IMG/VR virus record: IMGVR_UViG_3300043411_001777
Coordinates: 142,090-206,089 of that record
DNA: 64,000 nucleotides
Strand: one strand, 5' to 3'
Part shown: in pieces, positions 29,934-38,552 of the stretch
How positions within the stretch are numbered: position 1 is the stretch's first letter
Layout: every line of letters begins with the position of its first letter
Notes under the pieces: generated by a model
Told to the model about the DNA's origin: nothing
The model's database searches: none
What the model saw: the letters and a program-made list of their open reading frames with translations, nothing else
Translations under genes and position numbers: made by a program

Positions 29934-32900
29934 CGCGAACCCCTGATAAACAGTGATGCCAAGCGGCGGGCAAGCTCCTCACCATTTTCATACTGAGCCA
30001 GCTCGTCTTCCTCTTCGTATCCAGTCGGTGGCTCTTCCTCAGGGGGCTCCCAGCCCTCCAAAGACCGTGCAATATCCTCAGGTGCTTCGTCCGCAGGATC
30101 CCAACCGTCTTCATCTTCCCACGGGCCCGAACGCTCCCGAACCCCTTCCTGGGGAGCCGCATCCGTAATTGGAGCCCCGTCCGGAATTAGAGTGCCATCC
30201 GGCGTAGCATATGGGATACATGCCTCATACAGGAACTGCGAGCTAATCCCAAGCGTGGGGTGCGGAATGTCTAACAAGGTACAGCGATTCTCAGCTCTAG
30301 TGATTGCCACATAGGCAAGGCGACGCTCACCCCACAAATCCGGGCCTTCTCCCGCCGTGCCGGATTTCCCACATCTCGGGAACCGACCGCCCACAACAGG
30401 GACGTACATATGAGGAACCTCCAGACCCTTCCAGCCGTGCATGGTCAGGATCTGAACAGCATCCCGGCTATAGGTCTCTTCGTCTTCCTCTGTGCCAACG
30501 GACAGTTTCTCATTTGCACGCTGTAGCTTGCGGACATAATCCATCGCCGAAGCCATGGACTCATGGTTCTCAAGCAGGCCGATTAGAGGCTCGACAGGAC
30601 CGAGGGCTAGGGTTCTAATCTGCTCCTCCGTGACCTGAACCACCTCGCTCTCAGCCAAGAGCAATGCCATCTTCTCTTCGTCCTCAGAAACAGCCTCCAT
30701 CATCGATTCGATGATGGTTTTGCCCTCAAAACCCCTTAGATCCAGAATTTGATTGAGGATTTCTTTGGGGGTGCCTTGGAAAGAGGCAACCTTTGCCAGA
30801 TTCTCGGTGTACTCCGCAAGTAGGTCATTGTAAGACCAACCACGATCGCCACGATTCTTGGAGGGGTAAATCACATTGACCCCTCCGTTAATCAACCACT
30901 TCAACCAATTCTGAGACTGGGCTTTATCCAACAGATTTTGAAGTAGGGAATCTCCGGAAATGCGCGTCTTGGGGAACTTGGTTGCGGAAACAACGATCTC
31001 GTTAACTTCTTCCTTCGGGCCGTCCACACCCAACTCCGCCAAAGTCAACCACTGCACGAGCCCCTTGGTGAGAGGATCTCCGAAGAAAGACACTGGGGAA
31101 CGGAAAGGAATGCCTTTCTTAAGCATTTCCAGCCCGTAGTGGAAAGCCTCAGCATTAGTCCGAACCGCTATACCGAAGTCAGAATACCGGGTGTGCCCAG
31201 AGGACTCGTCCTGAACCAACTCAGCAACCTGAGAGGCCACGTACTTTGCAGCATCTTCAACGGCCGGCTGACGGACCGTTTCAACACGCCCCTCGTCCTT
31301 ACGCTCAGGATTTGCCTTGCAGACAAGGGGGATCCTGTTTTTATTGTGCTGAACAAGACGCTGCGCCGCCTCGACAATCTGCTTACCAGAACGGTAATTC
31401 GTATCCAAAGACTTGGTGACGAAATCACCCCCCTTAAGATCCGAAAGTGCTGTAAATTGCTCAGGATTTGCCCCGCGGAAGGCATAAATTGCCTGCGAAT
31501 CGTCCCCGATCCATGCGTAGGTATCCGCAGTCATCTTCCCATCAGCGCGAGGCTTCAAAGTAGCTGGATCCAGGTAGCCAGCAAGCAAGCCATATAGGTA
31601 ATACTGAACAGTATTAGAGTCTTGCGCCTCATCCACGAGGATGACCTTGAACTTGCGCTGTAGGTTAGCCAGCAGCTCAGGTTGCCCGATTAGGGCCTGA
31701 ACCGTGTCAATGAGAATATCGTTCATATCCCCAATGCCCTGGAAAGCAGCCTCGCCATGTGGGCCTTTTAGCCACTCGTATGCGGCATACACCGCAGCGT
31801 GGACATTCTCCTCTCCGCTGTAGTCTACGGTATCCCCGCCCTCAGAATCTCCCGTCGAAGAAGCGACGTCCTTACCGTGCCAGGCCTCCGTAGGCGAGAT
31901 TGCCAAACCCTTCATTCGTGTAATGTAGGTCTTGAACTCAGATGGGGGGATCGGCTCCTCACCCTTATCCGTCTTACGGACAAGAGGATTACCTAAGTTG
32001 AACCACTCTCCCGCAGGCTGCTTGAAATAGACATACTCGTCTGCCCGACGACCCTTCTTTAGGTCCGGACCCGTGCTTTCTTCTGCCGAAAGACGCTCCA
32101 TTGGATGGTCAACAGCAGCCCTCTTGGGCATCCCACCCACACCGATGTCAAACTGAACCCCCGTCATGTTGAAAATGTCCTGCATCTGCACTTTCTGCAC
32201 AGCAGAAAGACGCGCGGGACTCTTCAGATTGTCCGTCAACTTCCGGTTAATGGCAAACCACTTGCCATCATCCTCGAAATACGACCGGAGAACCCCCTTC
32301 AAGAAAGGATTCTTCATGAGGTGGAGATTTTGGTAAGCCTTGGAAAGGGCCTGGGAAAAGGTCAGCGTATTTGCCGAAGTGTCAAGGGAGTTGTTAGGAG
32401 CTGCCCGTTGCTGGACCTTAGGATTACGTGCCTGACGGGGATCACCCATATGATGGGGGCGGCCCGTCGCGAAGATGTTGGCAAACATGCTCGTTTCAGG
32501 CGGAGGGTTTGGAGCCGCATCATCCGTCATCTTAACCTGCGCCATCGCAAGCTTCAGCAAGGTGGACTCAATCCACTTTTCCCGCACACCCGCGTAACGC
32601 TTCCGTTTGAACGAACCGCCCTGCCGGTTGATGATGTTTCCAGCAATGCTGTGGGAGGTGCCGAAATTGCGTAGCGCCTCACTGTCAATGTTAGACCCGA
32701 AAGTCTGAATGCGTTTGATAAGCTCGTGAGCCGCCTTCCGTGTAAAGCTCGTGGCCAGAATAGCCGTGGAAGGAACCCCCAGCTCAGTCATGTGGTATTT
32801 GACTTTGGAGGCCAGAACACGAGTCTTACCCGATCCTGCGGTAGCTGCGATGAGCGCCTTCCCCCGCACCATCATGGCCTCTTCCTGCATCGGAGAGTGT

Positions 32901-33715
32901 CCAAGCTGCTTACCCGTCTCGGTACGCCAGCCCGCATGTTGCGGGGTGCCTGACACGGCCGCCGACATAACCGCTGAAGGGTCGGGGGACGAGTCCGCGA
33001 TTTGCTGGATAGACTTGATCAGGTCGATCTTCCGGGACTCTAGCTCAGCAGCCTGAGGGGTATTAGGGTCGGTAACACCCAAAGAAGAAGTGACTTCTGC
33101 CAACTCAGAGGCGACGCCCTTAGCGGTTTCTGCACCAGCCATGATTTGCTCGGTCTCCGATACCGGGGTGCCTGCAAAGGCGGCTGCATCGATTAGCCAA
33201 TTACGGATAGTGGACAAATCGCCTGAAACGAACCTAGAACCGGCTGCCTTATTCAAGCGACTTGCGGGGTTCTCCTCTTGAGAGACGGCACTTAGAGAAT
33301 GTGCCAGAGCGGTTTCGCGACCGGAAGAGAAAATCTCACGCAGTAGACCAACCCGGCTCGAAAGCCAGGGGAAAATTTCCATTCCCGCCTGTGAGATATT
33401 CCGAGCCCTTTGAAAGACTGGGGCCGGCAAACGCGTAACACGCACCGCAGGCATCAGAACCGGGTTCTTGTCAGCAAGCGGGGCCAAGTGCTGCTCGAAA
33501 CCTGCAATCACCTGGGGCAGCCACCGACGGAAAACAGACTCGATTCGATTGTTGAGCAGCTTTAACGTTTTGGTGTCTGAGGGATTAACGATCTCCACCC
33601 ACTCCATAAACGCGTCATAGCCGATGCTCACAACCATCAGGTCAAGCAGACGGGCCGGCAGAACTTCATCCCCGTCCTTAAAGGTACGGCCTACAGCGAT
33701 TTTGTTACGTGTCAA
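29930..33715 (-). CDS. uvrD: UvrD/PcrA superfamily 1 helicase with long N-terminal extension and internal insertion
   Basis: ATAGSGKT, ATSFTRKAA, GTSHSIA, VDEAQD, GDDSQAIYAFRGA, TNYRS, TMHGWKGLE, ERRLAYVAITRA; probable start TTG 33715 behind GGGAG (track start 33745). Confidence 0.9.
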   Translation of the reverse strand: MTRNKIAVGRTFKDGDEVLPARLLDLMVVSIGYDAFMEWVEIVNPSDTKTLKLLNNRIESVFRRWLPQVIAGFEQHLAPLADKNPVLMPAVRVTRLPAPVFQRARNISQAGMEIFPWLSSRVGLLREIFSSGRETALAHSLSAVSQEENPASRLNKAAGSRFVSGDLSTIRNWLIDAAAFAGTPVSETEQIMAGAETAKGVASELAEVTSSLGVTDPNTPQAAELESRKIDLIKSIQQIADSSPDPSAVMSAAVSGTPQHAGWRTETGKQLGHSPMQEEAMMVRGKALIAATAGSGKTRVLASKVKYHMTELGVPSTAILATSFTRKAAHELIKRIQTFGSNIDSEALRNFGTSHSIAGNIINRQGGSFKRKRYAGVREKWIESTLLKLAMAQVKMTDDAAPNPPPETSMFANIFATGRPHHMGDPRQARNPKVQQRAAPNNSLDTSANTLTFSQALSKAYQNLHLMKNPFLKGVLRSYFEDDGKWFAINRKLTDNLKSPARLSAVQKVQMQDIFNMTGVQFDIGVGGMPKRAAVDHPMERLSAEESTGPDLKKGRRADEYVYFKQPAGEWFNLGNPLVRKTDKGEEPIPPSEFKTYITRMKGLAISPTEAWHGKDVASSTGDSEGGDTVDYSGEENVHAAVYAAYEWLKGPHGEAAFQGIGDMNDILIDTVQALIGQPELLANLQRKFKVILVDEAQDSNTVQYYLYGLLAGYLDPATLKPRADGKMTADTYAWIGDDSQAIYAFRGANPEQFTALSDLKGGDFVTKSLDTNYRSGKQIVEAAQRLVQHNKNRIPLVCKANPERKDEGRVETVRQPAVEDAAKYVASQVAELVQDESSGHTRYSDFGIAVRTNAEAFHYGLEMLKKGIPFRSPVSFFGDPLTKGLVQWLTLAELGVDGPKEEVNEIVVSATKFPKTRISGDSLLQNLLDKAQSQNWLKWLINGGVNVIYPSKNRGDRGWSYNDLLAEYTENLAKVASFQGTPKEILNQILDLRGFEGKTIIESMMEAVSEDEEKMALLLAESEVVQVTEEQIRTLALGPVEPLIGLLENHESMASAMDYVRKLQRANEKLSVGTEEDEETYSRDAVQILTMHGWKGLEVPHMYVPVVGGRFPRCGKSGTAGEGPDLWGERRLAYVAITRAENRCTLLDIPHPTLGISSQFLYEACIPYATPDGTLIPDGAPITDAAPQEGVRERSGPWEDEDGWDPADEAPEDIARSLEGWEPPEEEPPTGYEEEDELAQYENGEELARRLASLFIRGSR

Positions 33716-33757
33716 ATCACGTCTCCCTAATGAAAACAGTTCCAACCTGAGGGCGGA

Positions 33758-33769
33758 ATAACCACATTA
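33758..33769 (-). promoter_or_regulatory. Putative late promoter upstream of the helicase
   Basis: (GG)TAATGTGGTTAT. Confidence 0.5.
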
Positions 33770-33771
33770 CC

Positions 33772-34026
33772 CTAATCGTCCTGGTATCTTTCTAGCGCTT
33801 TGGGCAATAGAGAATGACGCTTCACCATGGGGTGAACCCTATCGATGATGAAAAGCTCAGCAAATTGCTGTAGCTCCTCAGGAAGCTCCCGAATGTCTTC
33901 CACAAGATGGTTACGCTCAATTTCCCAACGCAGATTTTCCAAAACGGACACCCAATGGTTGACCGCTTCCCTATCCCAAGAAGCTTTCTTCAACCTTTGA
34001 TTCAAAGCCCCAATTGACTTTACCAT
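33772..34026 (-). CDS. Hypothetical protein (MVKSIGALNQRLKKAS...)
   Basis: ATG 34026 behind GGGAG; leader resembles that of 56917..57162. Confidence 0.65.
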   Translation of the reverse strand: MVKSIGALNQRLKKASWDREAVNHWVSVLENLRWEIERNHLVEDIRELPEELQQFAELFIIDRVHPMVKRHSLLPKALERYQDD

Positions 34027-35426
34027 GTAATGTTCTCCCAAGCCTTTGTTCTACCGCGAGGCTCATCCGCATCAGGGACGTTTGCCTTCTCAGTCCCCAT
34101 CGGCGTGGTGTTCAGCTCGCCAGAAGGGAATGGGCCCTGAGGATCCTGCCAGCCCTCCACCTCTTCTCGGGATGGGCCCCCATCGATAGGCATCCTAGGC
34201 ATATCGATGAACGAAGGCCTAGACTCTGGGTACACCAAATCCGAAGTTCCGTCAATAGGAACCGAATACCGGATGTCAGCCTCGTCGATATAGCCTATCG
34301 TGAAATGCTGTTGCAAAATGTTACCGCGATTAGTAGGTCGACGAACAGGTCCGATCGAATACCGTTCGTTGGTCTGCTTAACAACGAAATCTCGCTGGGT
34401 TAGTAGGGGGCTTGGGCCCATCCACACCTCATAGGAGTGCTGCTTAACACGCCCGCCCGCCAATTGAGTAATCCGACGTTCAGCATCATCCGGAGCGATA
34501 ATAGCATCGAAAGGACCGTCAAACCCACCCACATATGAAGTGCCGTAGCACGTGGGGCAATTCTTTTTAGGCTGCCCTAGGTAATCCCGCTGCCGAGGAT
34601 CCAGCCCACAATCACAGGGGACCCCGCAAACCTTCCGAGTGAAAAGCTTGACCCGCTCCCCACCTTGCTGGAGGATCCAAGCATTACGCCGAACACCCTC
34701 CCGCCAAATGTAATCCAGCTTCTCAATTTCGTGGTTGGAGGTCGGTTGGCTATAACCAAACGGCGTTTCAACCAAATACCCGTCGACATTCGCGACGGTT
34801 GTCAACCGGTAATGGAGATACCGATCCAACCCGGAAACTACAAAGTTCTTCGGGGTGTAGTACACCACCTCCACCGAAGAAGCCGCATTCGGAATAGAGG
34901 CGTTGGTTTCCGTCTCGGTCACAACCTCCCAATCGGGTTGATTTATGAGCGTGATCTCTCCAGATCGGCCGAAAACCGAATCGACGGGGACTTCAACCCC
35001 GTCGATATACAACTCGACATCTTTAGGAGCATTCGCCCACTGTGGCCCATCACCGGGGAGGTGGTGATAGCGTTTGACAATAGTCCCGCGGGTTCGGATC
35101 ACCCAACGGCGATTGTTAGGGGCGTCCCCTTTGTGAACCCAGCCCGTAGACCAATCCACAACCTCACGAATCTCAGCATAATCGAGGCGGTCCCGGAACA
35201 TCGTCCCCTGAACAGGGAATTCGTTGATCCGATGGAAAGGGCCCCGGTCGGAAGACTCCGACCGGTAAATGTTAACCCCCAGGATGTTGAACTTAGCGTT
35301 CTTTGCCAGTGCGGTCGGAGTATCCCAACGGATGTCTAGAATCCCAGGCAAAAAGGGGGAGACCACTACCACGTTTGGGGGTGGTAGTGGGAATTCATCA
35401 CTTGCGGGCTCCCAACCTGTTGCCAA
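34020..35426 (-). CDS. Putative head-tail joining/neck protein with FN3-like N-terminus and Zn finger
   Basis: P-NV...IRWDTP...GVNIYRS (FN3-like); GGERVKLFTRK...CDC...CPTCYGTSYVGG. Confidence 0.55.
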   Translation of the reverse strand: MATGWEPASDEFPLPPPNVVVVSPFLPGILDIRWDTPTALAKNAKFNILGVNIYRSESSDRGPFHRINEFPVQGTMFRDRLDYAEIREVVDWSTGWVHKGDAPNNRRWVIRTRGTIVKRYHHLPGDGPQWANAPKDVELYIDGVEVPVDSVFGRSGEITLINQPDWEVVTETETNASIPNAASSVEVVYYTPKNFVVSGLDRYLHYRLTTVANVDGYLVETPFGYSQPTSNHEIEKLDYIWREGVRRNAWILQQGGERVKLFTRKVCGVPCDCGLDPRQRDYLGQPKKNCPTCYGTSYVGGFDGPFDAIIAPDDAERRITQLAGGRVKQHSYEVWMGPSPLLTQRDFVVKQTNERYSIGPVRRPTNRGNILQQHFTIGYIDEADIRYSVPIDGTSDLVYPESRPSFIDMPRMPIDGGPSREEVEGWQDPQGPFPSGELNTTPMGTEKANVPDADEPRGRTKAWENITW

Positions 35427-35460
35427 TGTAACCTCTTATCTGAGGCCAATTATCGGCATT

Positions 35461-35727
35461 CTAACGCAGCTCTTTACGCACCGTTCCGTCGGCCTCTACT
35501 ACGAAAGGCACGCCGTCTGGGATACCAAGACGGGTAATCCCAGACTCCACCCACGCCCGCTCTTGCTTTCGCGCTTCCTGTAAAGCCAGTCGAAGCTGGC
35601 CTTCCCGCTCCGAAATCAGCCCCAGCTCGTGCACAAACTGTTCAGCTTTGGCATGTGCCTGCCAATAGCCTTCCATTTCTGCCTCGGACAACTGCCCCAT
35701 AACCTCGCCAAGTTTTGGATTCATCAC
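35461..35727 (-). CDS. Hypothetical coiled-coil protein
   Basis: 88 aa, coupled to the MazG-like gene. Confidence 0.6.
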   Translation of the reverse strand: MMNPKLGEVMGQLSEAEMEGYWQAHAKAEQFVHELGLISEREGQLRLALQEARKQERAWVESGITRLGIPDGVPFVVEADGTVRKELR

Positions 35728-36350
35728 GCCTTCCTATTCAGTGAATCGGCTTCCGTAAAGCCTTGAGGATAACGGGCCTTAAGCTTTGCGATGTTGCTGG
35801 CAAGCACTTCCTCTAGGGCCTCCGAAAAAGGCTTGTCGGGGAAGAGGGCCAAAGTCCCCTGAGCCAACATATCCGCGATGACAGAAAGCCGATCGCCAAT
35901 ATCAAACAGCCCAGCCGGATGTCCATGAAAGAATACCTTCTTCTGATAGTCCACATAGCCGGACACAGACACAATCAACTGAGCAACCAACTTAGGAAAC
36001 TCAATTGTCCAAGGAAAAGGCTCCCTGGGAGTGCTTTCCACAAATAGGTGCTTGAGCTTCTTGGTTAAGTTAGCACAAACGTCAGAGAGCTTTAACCCCC
36101 AAGAATCAGCGCAGGTTGCGGCATACCACCACAAGTCGCCCATCTCCAACCGAGCCTTAGCCTTCAGGCTAGAAATTTCCTCCGTACCCATTGGGTCGGG
36201 CCCGAACATCAAAGGCAACACCAGCTCCATCAACTCGCCCGACTCACCGGACAACCCAGTATAAGTCATAATGCGGTAATCCCGCTCCGACAAGTCCTTA
36301 TTCTTGGTCACAATTGCCAATTGCTGATAGCGATCAAAATCTACTGTCAA
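35724..36350 (-). CDS. MazG-like NTP pyrophosphohydrolase
   Basis: YQQLA...GLSGESGELME...EMGDLWWY; KKVFFHGH...NIAKLKARYPQGF. Confidence 0.8.
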   Translation of the reverse strand: MTVDFDRYQQLAIVTKNKDLSERDYRIMTYTGLSGESGELMELVLPLMFGPDPMGTEEISSLKAKARLEMGDLWWYAATCADSWGLKLSDVCANLTKKLKHLFVESTPREPFPWTIEFPKLVAQLIVSVSGYVDYQKKVFFHGHPAGLFDIGDRLSVIADMLAQGTLALFPDKPFSEALEEVLASNIAKLKARYPQGFTEADSLNRKA

Positions 36351-36778
36351 GACTTACCCCCATAAGGAACCCGAACTACATGAGTAAGACCTTCCCACTC
36401 AGATTTAGCTAACGGGCCCACAACTAATACACGAATCTCGCTGTTAAGCATTTTTGCGACCATGTCTTTGGTCCCCTTTCCGCCCGGAAAGGCCACCCCA
36501 ATAATCGTATGGCCCTCTTCACGAAAGACCAAAAGCTTGTCGAGCATAGCGGAATTGCGCACCAGACCCGCAGCGTTACCCAACCGGTCCCATTCAGCCA
36601 TGACCGTAAGAAACGGATACCCCCTTTCCTTAGCCCATAGCTGTGCGAGTCTGTCTGCCCCTTTAGCCCCACCTTCTTGGATAGTGAATGGGGTTTTTGC
36701 ATAAAGCCGATCTAACAGACCCCACACAAAAGACTTATCCGCAAAGTTACGGCCTCCCGTAATCTGACAGTACAACAT
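36347..36778 (-). CDS. SLOG family (YspA/DUF2493-like) protein
   Basis: ITGGRNF...EGGAKGADRLA...AAGLVRNSAML...AFPGGKGTKDM; ATG 36778 TAATG-coupled to thyX. Confidence 0.85.
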   Translation of the reverse strand: MLYCQITGGRNFADKSFVWGLLDRLYAKTPFTIQEGGAKGADRLAQLWAKERGYPFLTVMAEWDRLGNAAGLVRNSAMLDKLLVFREEGHTIIGVAFPGGKGTKDMVAKMLNSEIRVLVVGPLAKSEWEGLTHVVRVPYGGKS

Positions 36779-38070
36779 TACCGGGCCGTAATGGTCTGGT
36801 CGCCACGCCGAACATCCCAATCATCCGGGTCCATATCCACGTGGAGTAACACTTCAGGATGGGTGAATGCGAGATCGCCGATCATATTGTGGATGGCTTT
36901 ACGAAGAGTTGGGTGTACAGCTTTTCCAGACCGTAGCTCCAAAACATACACCGCCGCTGGTAGTCCATACGTGACCTGGAAAGGTACTTTGAACCCGAGG
37001 GGGATGAGATACTGAGAGGCAACATCATCCTCAATCGAGGAAATCAACTCAACCTGCTCAGAAATCAGCGCCTCAGCCTCTGCACGCATTGGCCCGAGCT
37101 GCTCTAGATACCAGGACTCAAACCCCAGATCCGTCGTCAACTTAGGGACTCGGCAGACACCATTTCGGTGGCGCTGAATGTCGCGCCAGGACCCGTAATC
37201 CAACTCCCCTCGGAACGATAGGGATCCAAGCTCCGCCATATGCGCTGGCAATGCCGAACCTCTGGGCCTCGTAATCAGCATTTCGTAGTAGGGCTTTAGA
37301 GCGCCATCATCAATAGTGGACCGGATATCCCACTTCTTTGGAGGGAGAGGCTTATAGCTCCCGTAAGTGGACGCCTCCCAGACAACTCGATCCGGGTACA
37401 ACTTCTCCCCAAAGCTTGATGGGTATTGCTCACGCAATAGTGCCAGGGCGCCAGAAGCCAGCTCCCGCACTTCCTGCAAAGGATGCTGGATCAACAGCCC
37501 TAAATGGTCAGAGGCCTGCCGTAGGTTTGTATGCCAGGAGAGCTGGGTGGTTTTACCAGCCGGAAGGAACCCCCGCAAAATGTCAAAGGTACGAGCTTTG
37601 ATCGCTCGCTCGTATGTGTCCTCTTTCTCAGAGGACTTACGCGGGTATTGAGACCGAACCCACTCCAAAACCGGAGCTTGCTTTTCCGCATAAAAGCGCT
37701 CCCACCTATCAATAATCGTCGTAGCCGTTTGCCCAATCGGGTTAACCACAGGGCGATTCGCCATATCGATATAGCGGGTGGAAGTTTCCTGTCCGGAATA
37801 GAGCGACCAATCCTGAATAGCCTTAGCGGCTAGAATGGAAACGTTCTCGAAAAACAGCGTCGTGGAGCCACAATCCGCAATGGACTTATGCCCATAACCG
37901 ACAACATACTTTTCGACGAATTTGCCCGATCCGACCTTACGGACCTTCTCTAGGTGAGTCTCCACACTCTCTCCGGAACGAGAGTAGAGTGCCTGCACCA
38001 TAGCCAAATCTTCGGAATGAAGGCCGTCCTCAAGAAAGAGGACGGCCTTACCAACTTGCTTCTTGAGCAT
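36778..38070 (-). CDS. thyX: FAD-dependent thymidylate synthase, long tandem-domain type
   Basis: YGHKSIAD, QETSTRY, RGFLPAG, RDIQRHR, ELRSGKAVHPTLR; probable start ATG 38070. Confidence 0.85.
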   Translation of the reverse strand: MLKKQVGKAVLFLEDGLHSEDLAMVQALYSRSGESVETHLEKVRKVGSGKFVEKYVVGYGHKSIADCGSTTLFFENVSILAAKAIQDWSLYSGQETSTRYIDMANRPVVNPIGQTATTIIDRWERFYAEKQAPVLEWVRSQYPRKSSEKEDTYERAIKARTFDILRGFLPAGKTTQLSWHTNLRQASDHLGLLIQHPLQEVRELASGALALLREQYPSSFGEKLYPDRVVWEASTYGSYKPLPPKKWDIRSTIDDGALKPYYEMLITRPRGSALPAHMAELGSLSFRGELDYGSWRDIQRHRNGVCRVPKLTTDLGFESWYLEQLGPMRAEAEALISEQVELISSIEDDVASQYLIPLGFKVPFQVTYGLPAAVYVLELRSGKAVHPTLRKAIHNMIGDLAFTHPEVLLHVDMDPDDWDVRRGDQTITAR

Positions 38071-38072
38071 CG

Positions 38073-38234
38073 TTACTTCGTTTCCTTTGGAATGCCATTC
38101 TCGACAAGAGAACGCAACCACTGCTTGGTGGAAATAGGATTGTCTAACCGTTCAATGTGTTGAAGTAACATCACAACATGCTGTTTGCATTGCAGCAAAC
38201 AGAGCTGCTTTATTTGCTCTCTATCCTCATCCAT
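38073..38234 (-). CDS. Small hypothetical protein (53 aa, MDEDREQIKQLCLLQC...)
   Basis: Translated by hand; fills the gap, stop 2 nt before the thyX ATG. Confidence 0.5.
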   Translation of the reverse strand: MDEDREQIKQLCLLQCKQHVVMLLQHIERLDNPISTKQWLRSLVENGIPKETK

Positions 38235-38243
38235 GACAGAGCC

Positions 38244-38543
38244 TCACTTCTGGCAAGGGCAAGAAGTAGCCAGGGTAAACCAATTCCCGCACTTCAAACA
38301 TACTTGAGGTTGTTGGGCAAACGGTGTAAAGGTGGACGTTTGGACAAACGGCACATTAACCGAGGTTAGGTTAAAGAAGCTGTTGAATTTGTCTGCATAA
38401 TCCAGCAGTATCCGTAGGATATCGGGATTCACATCCCTATTCTCCTTCATCAAAGCCAACTGGGCCCCGACAGCCTCAAACCAAAGAGTGTGGTGCTCGG
38501 ACAAAGACCGAAACACCGTCCCCGAAGACTTTTCATCCGCCAT
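38244..38543 (-). CDS. Hypothetical protein with C-terminal Cys cluster
   Basis: CLKC...CPC. Confidence 0.6.
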   Translation of the reverse strand: MADEKSSGTVFRSLSEHHTLWFEAVGAQLALMKENRDVNPDILRILLDYADKFNSFFNLTSVNVPFVQTSTFTPFAQQPQVCLKCGNWFTLATSCPCQK

Positions 38544-38552
38544 ACAAACCCC

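Noticed and set aside
31900-32540. Intein in the UvrD insertion
   Set aside because: No N-terminal Cys/Ser block, no HN-C/S/T end and no LAGLIDADG motif
38125-38240. Riboswitch-like leader upstream of thyX
   Set aside because: Short stems exist, but a 53-aa ORF (38073..38234) explains the region and no known aptamer consensus is seen
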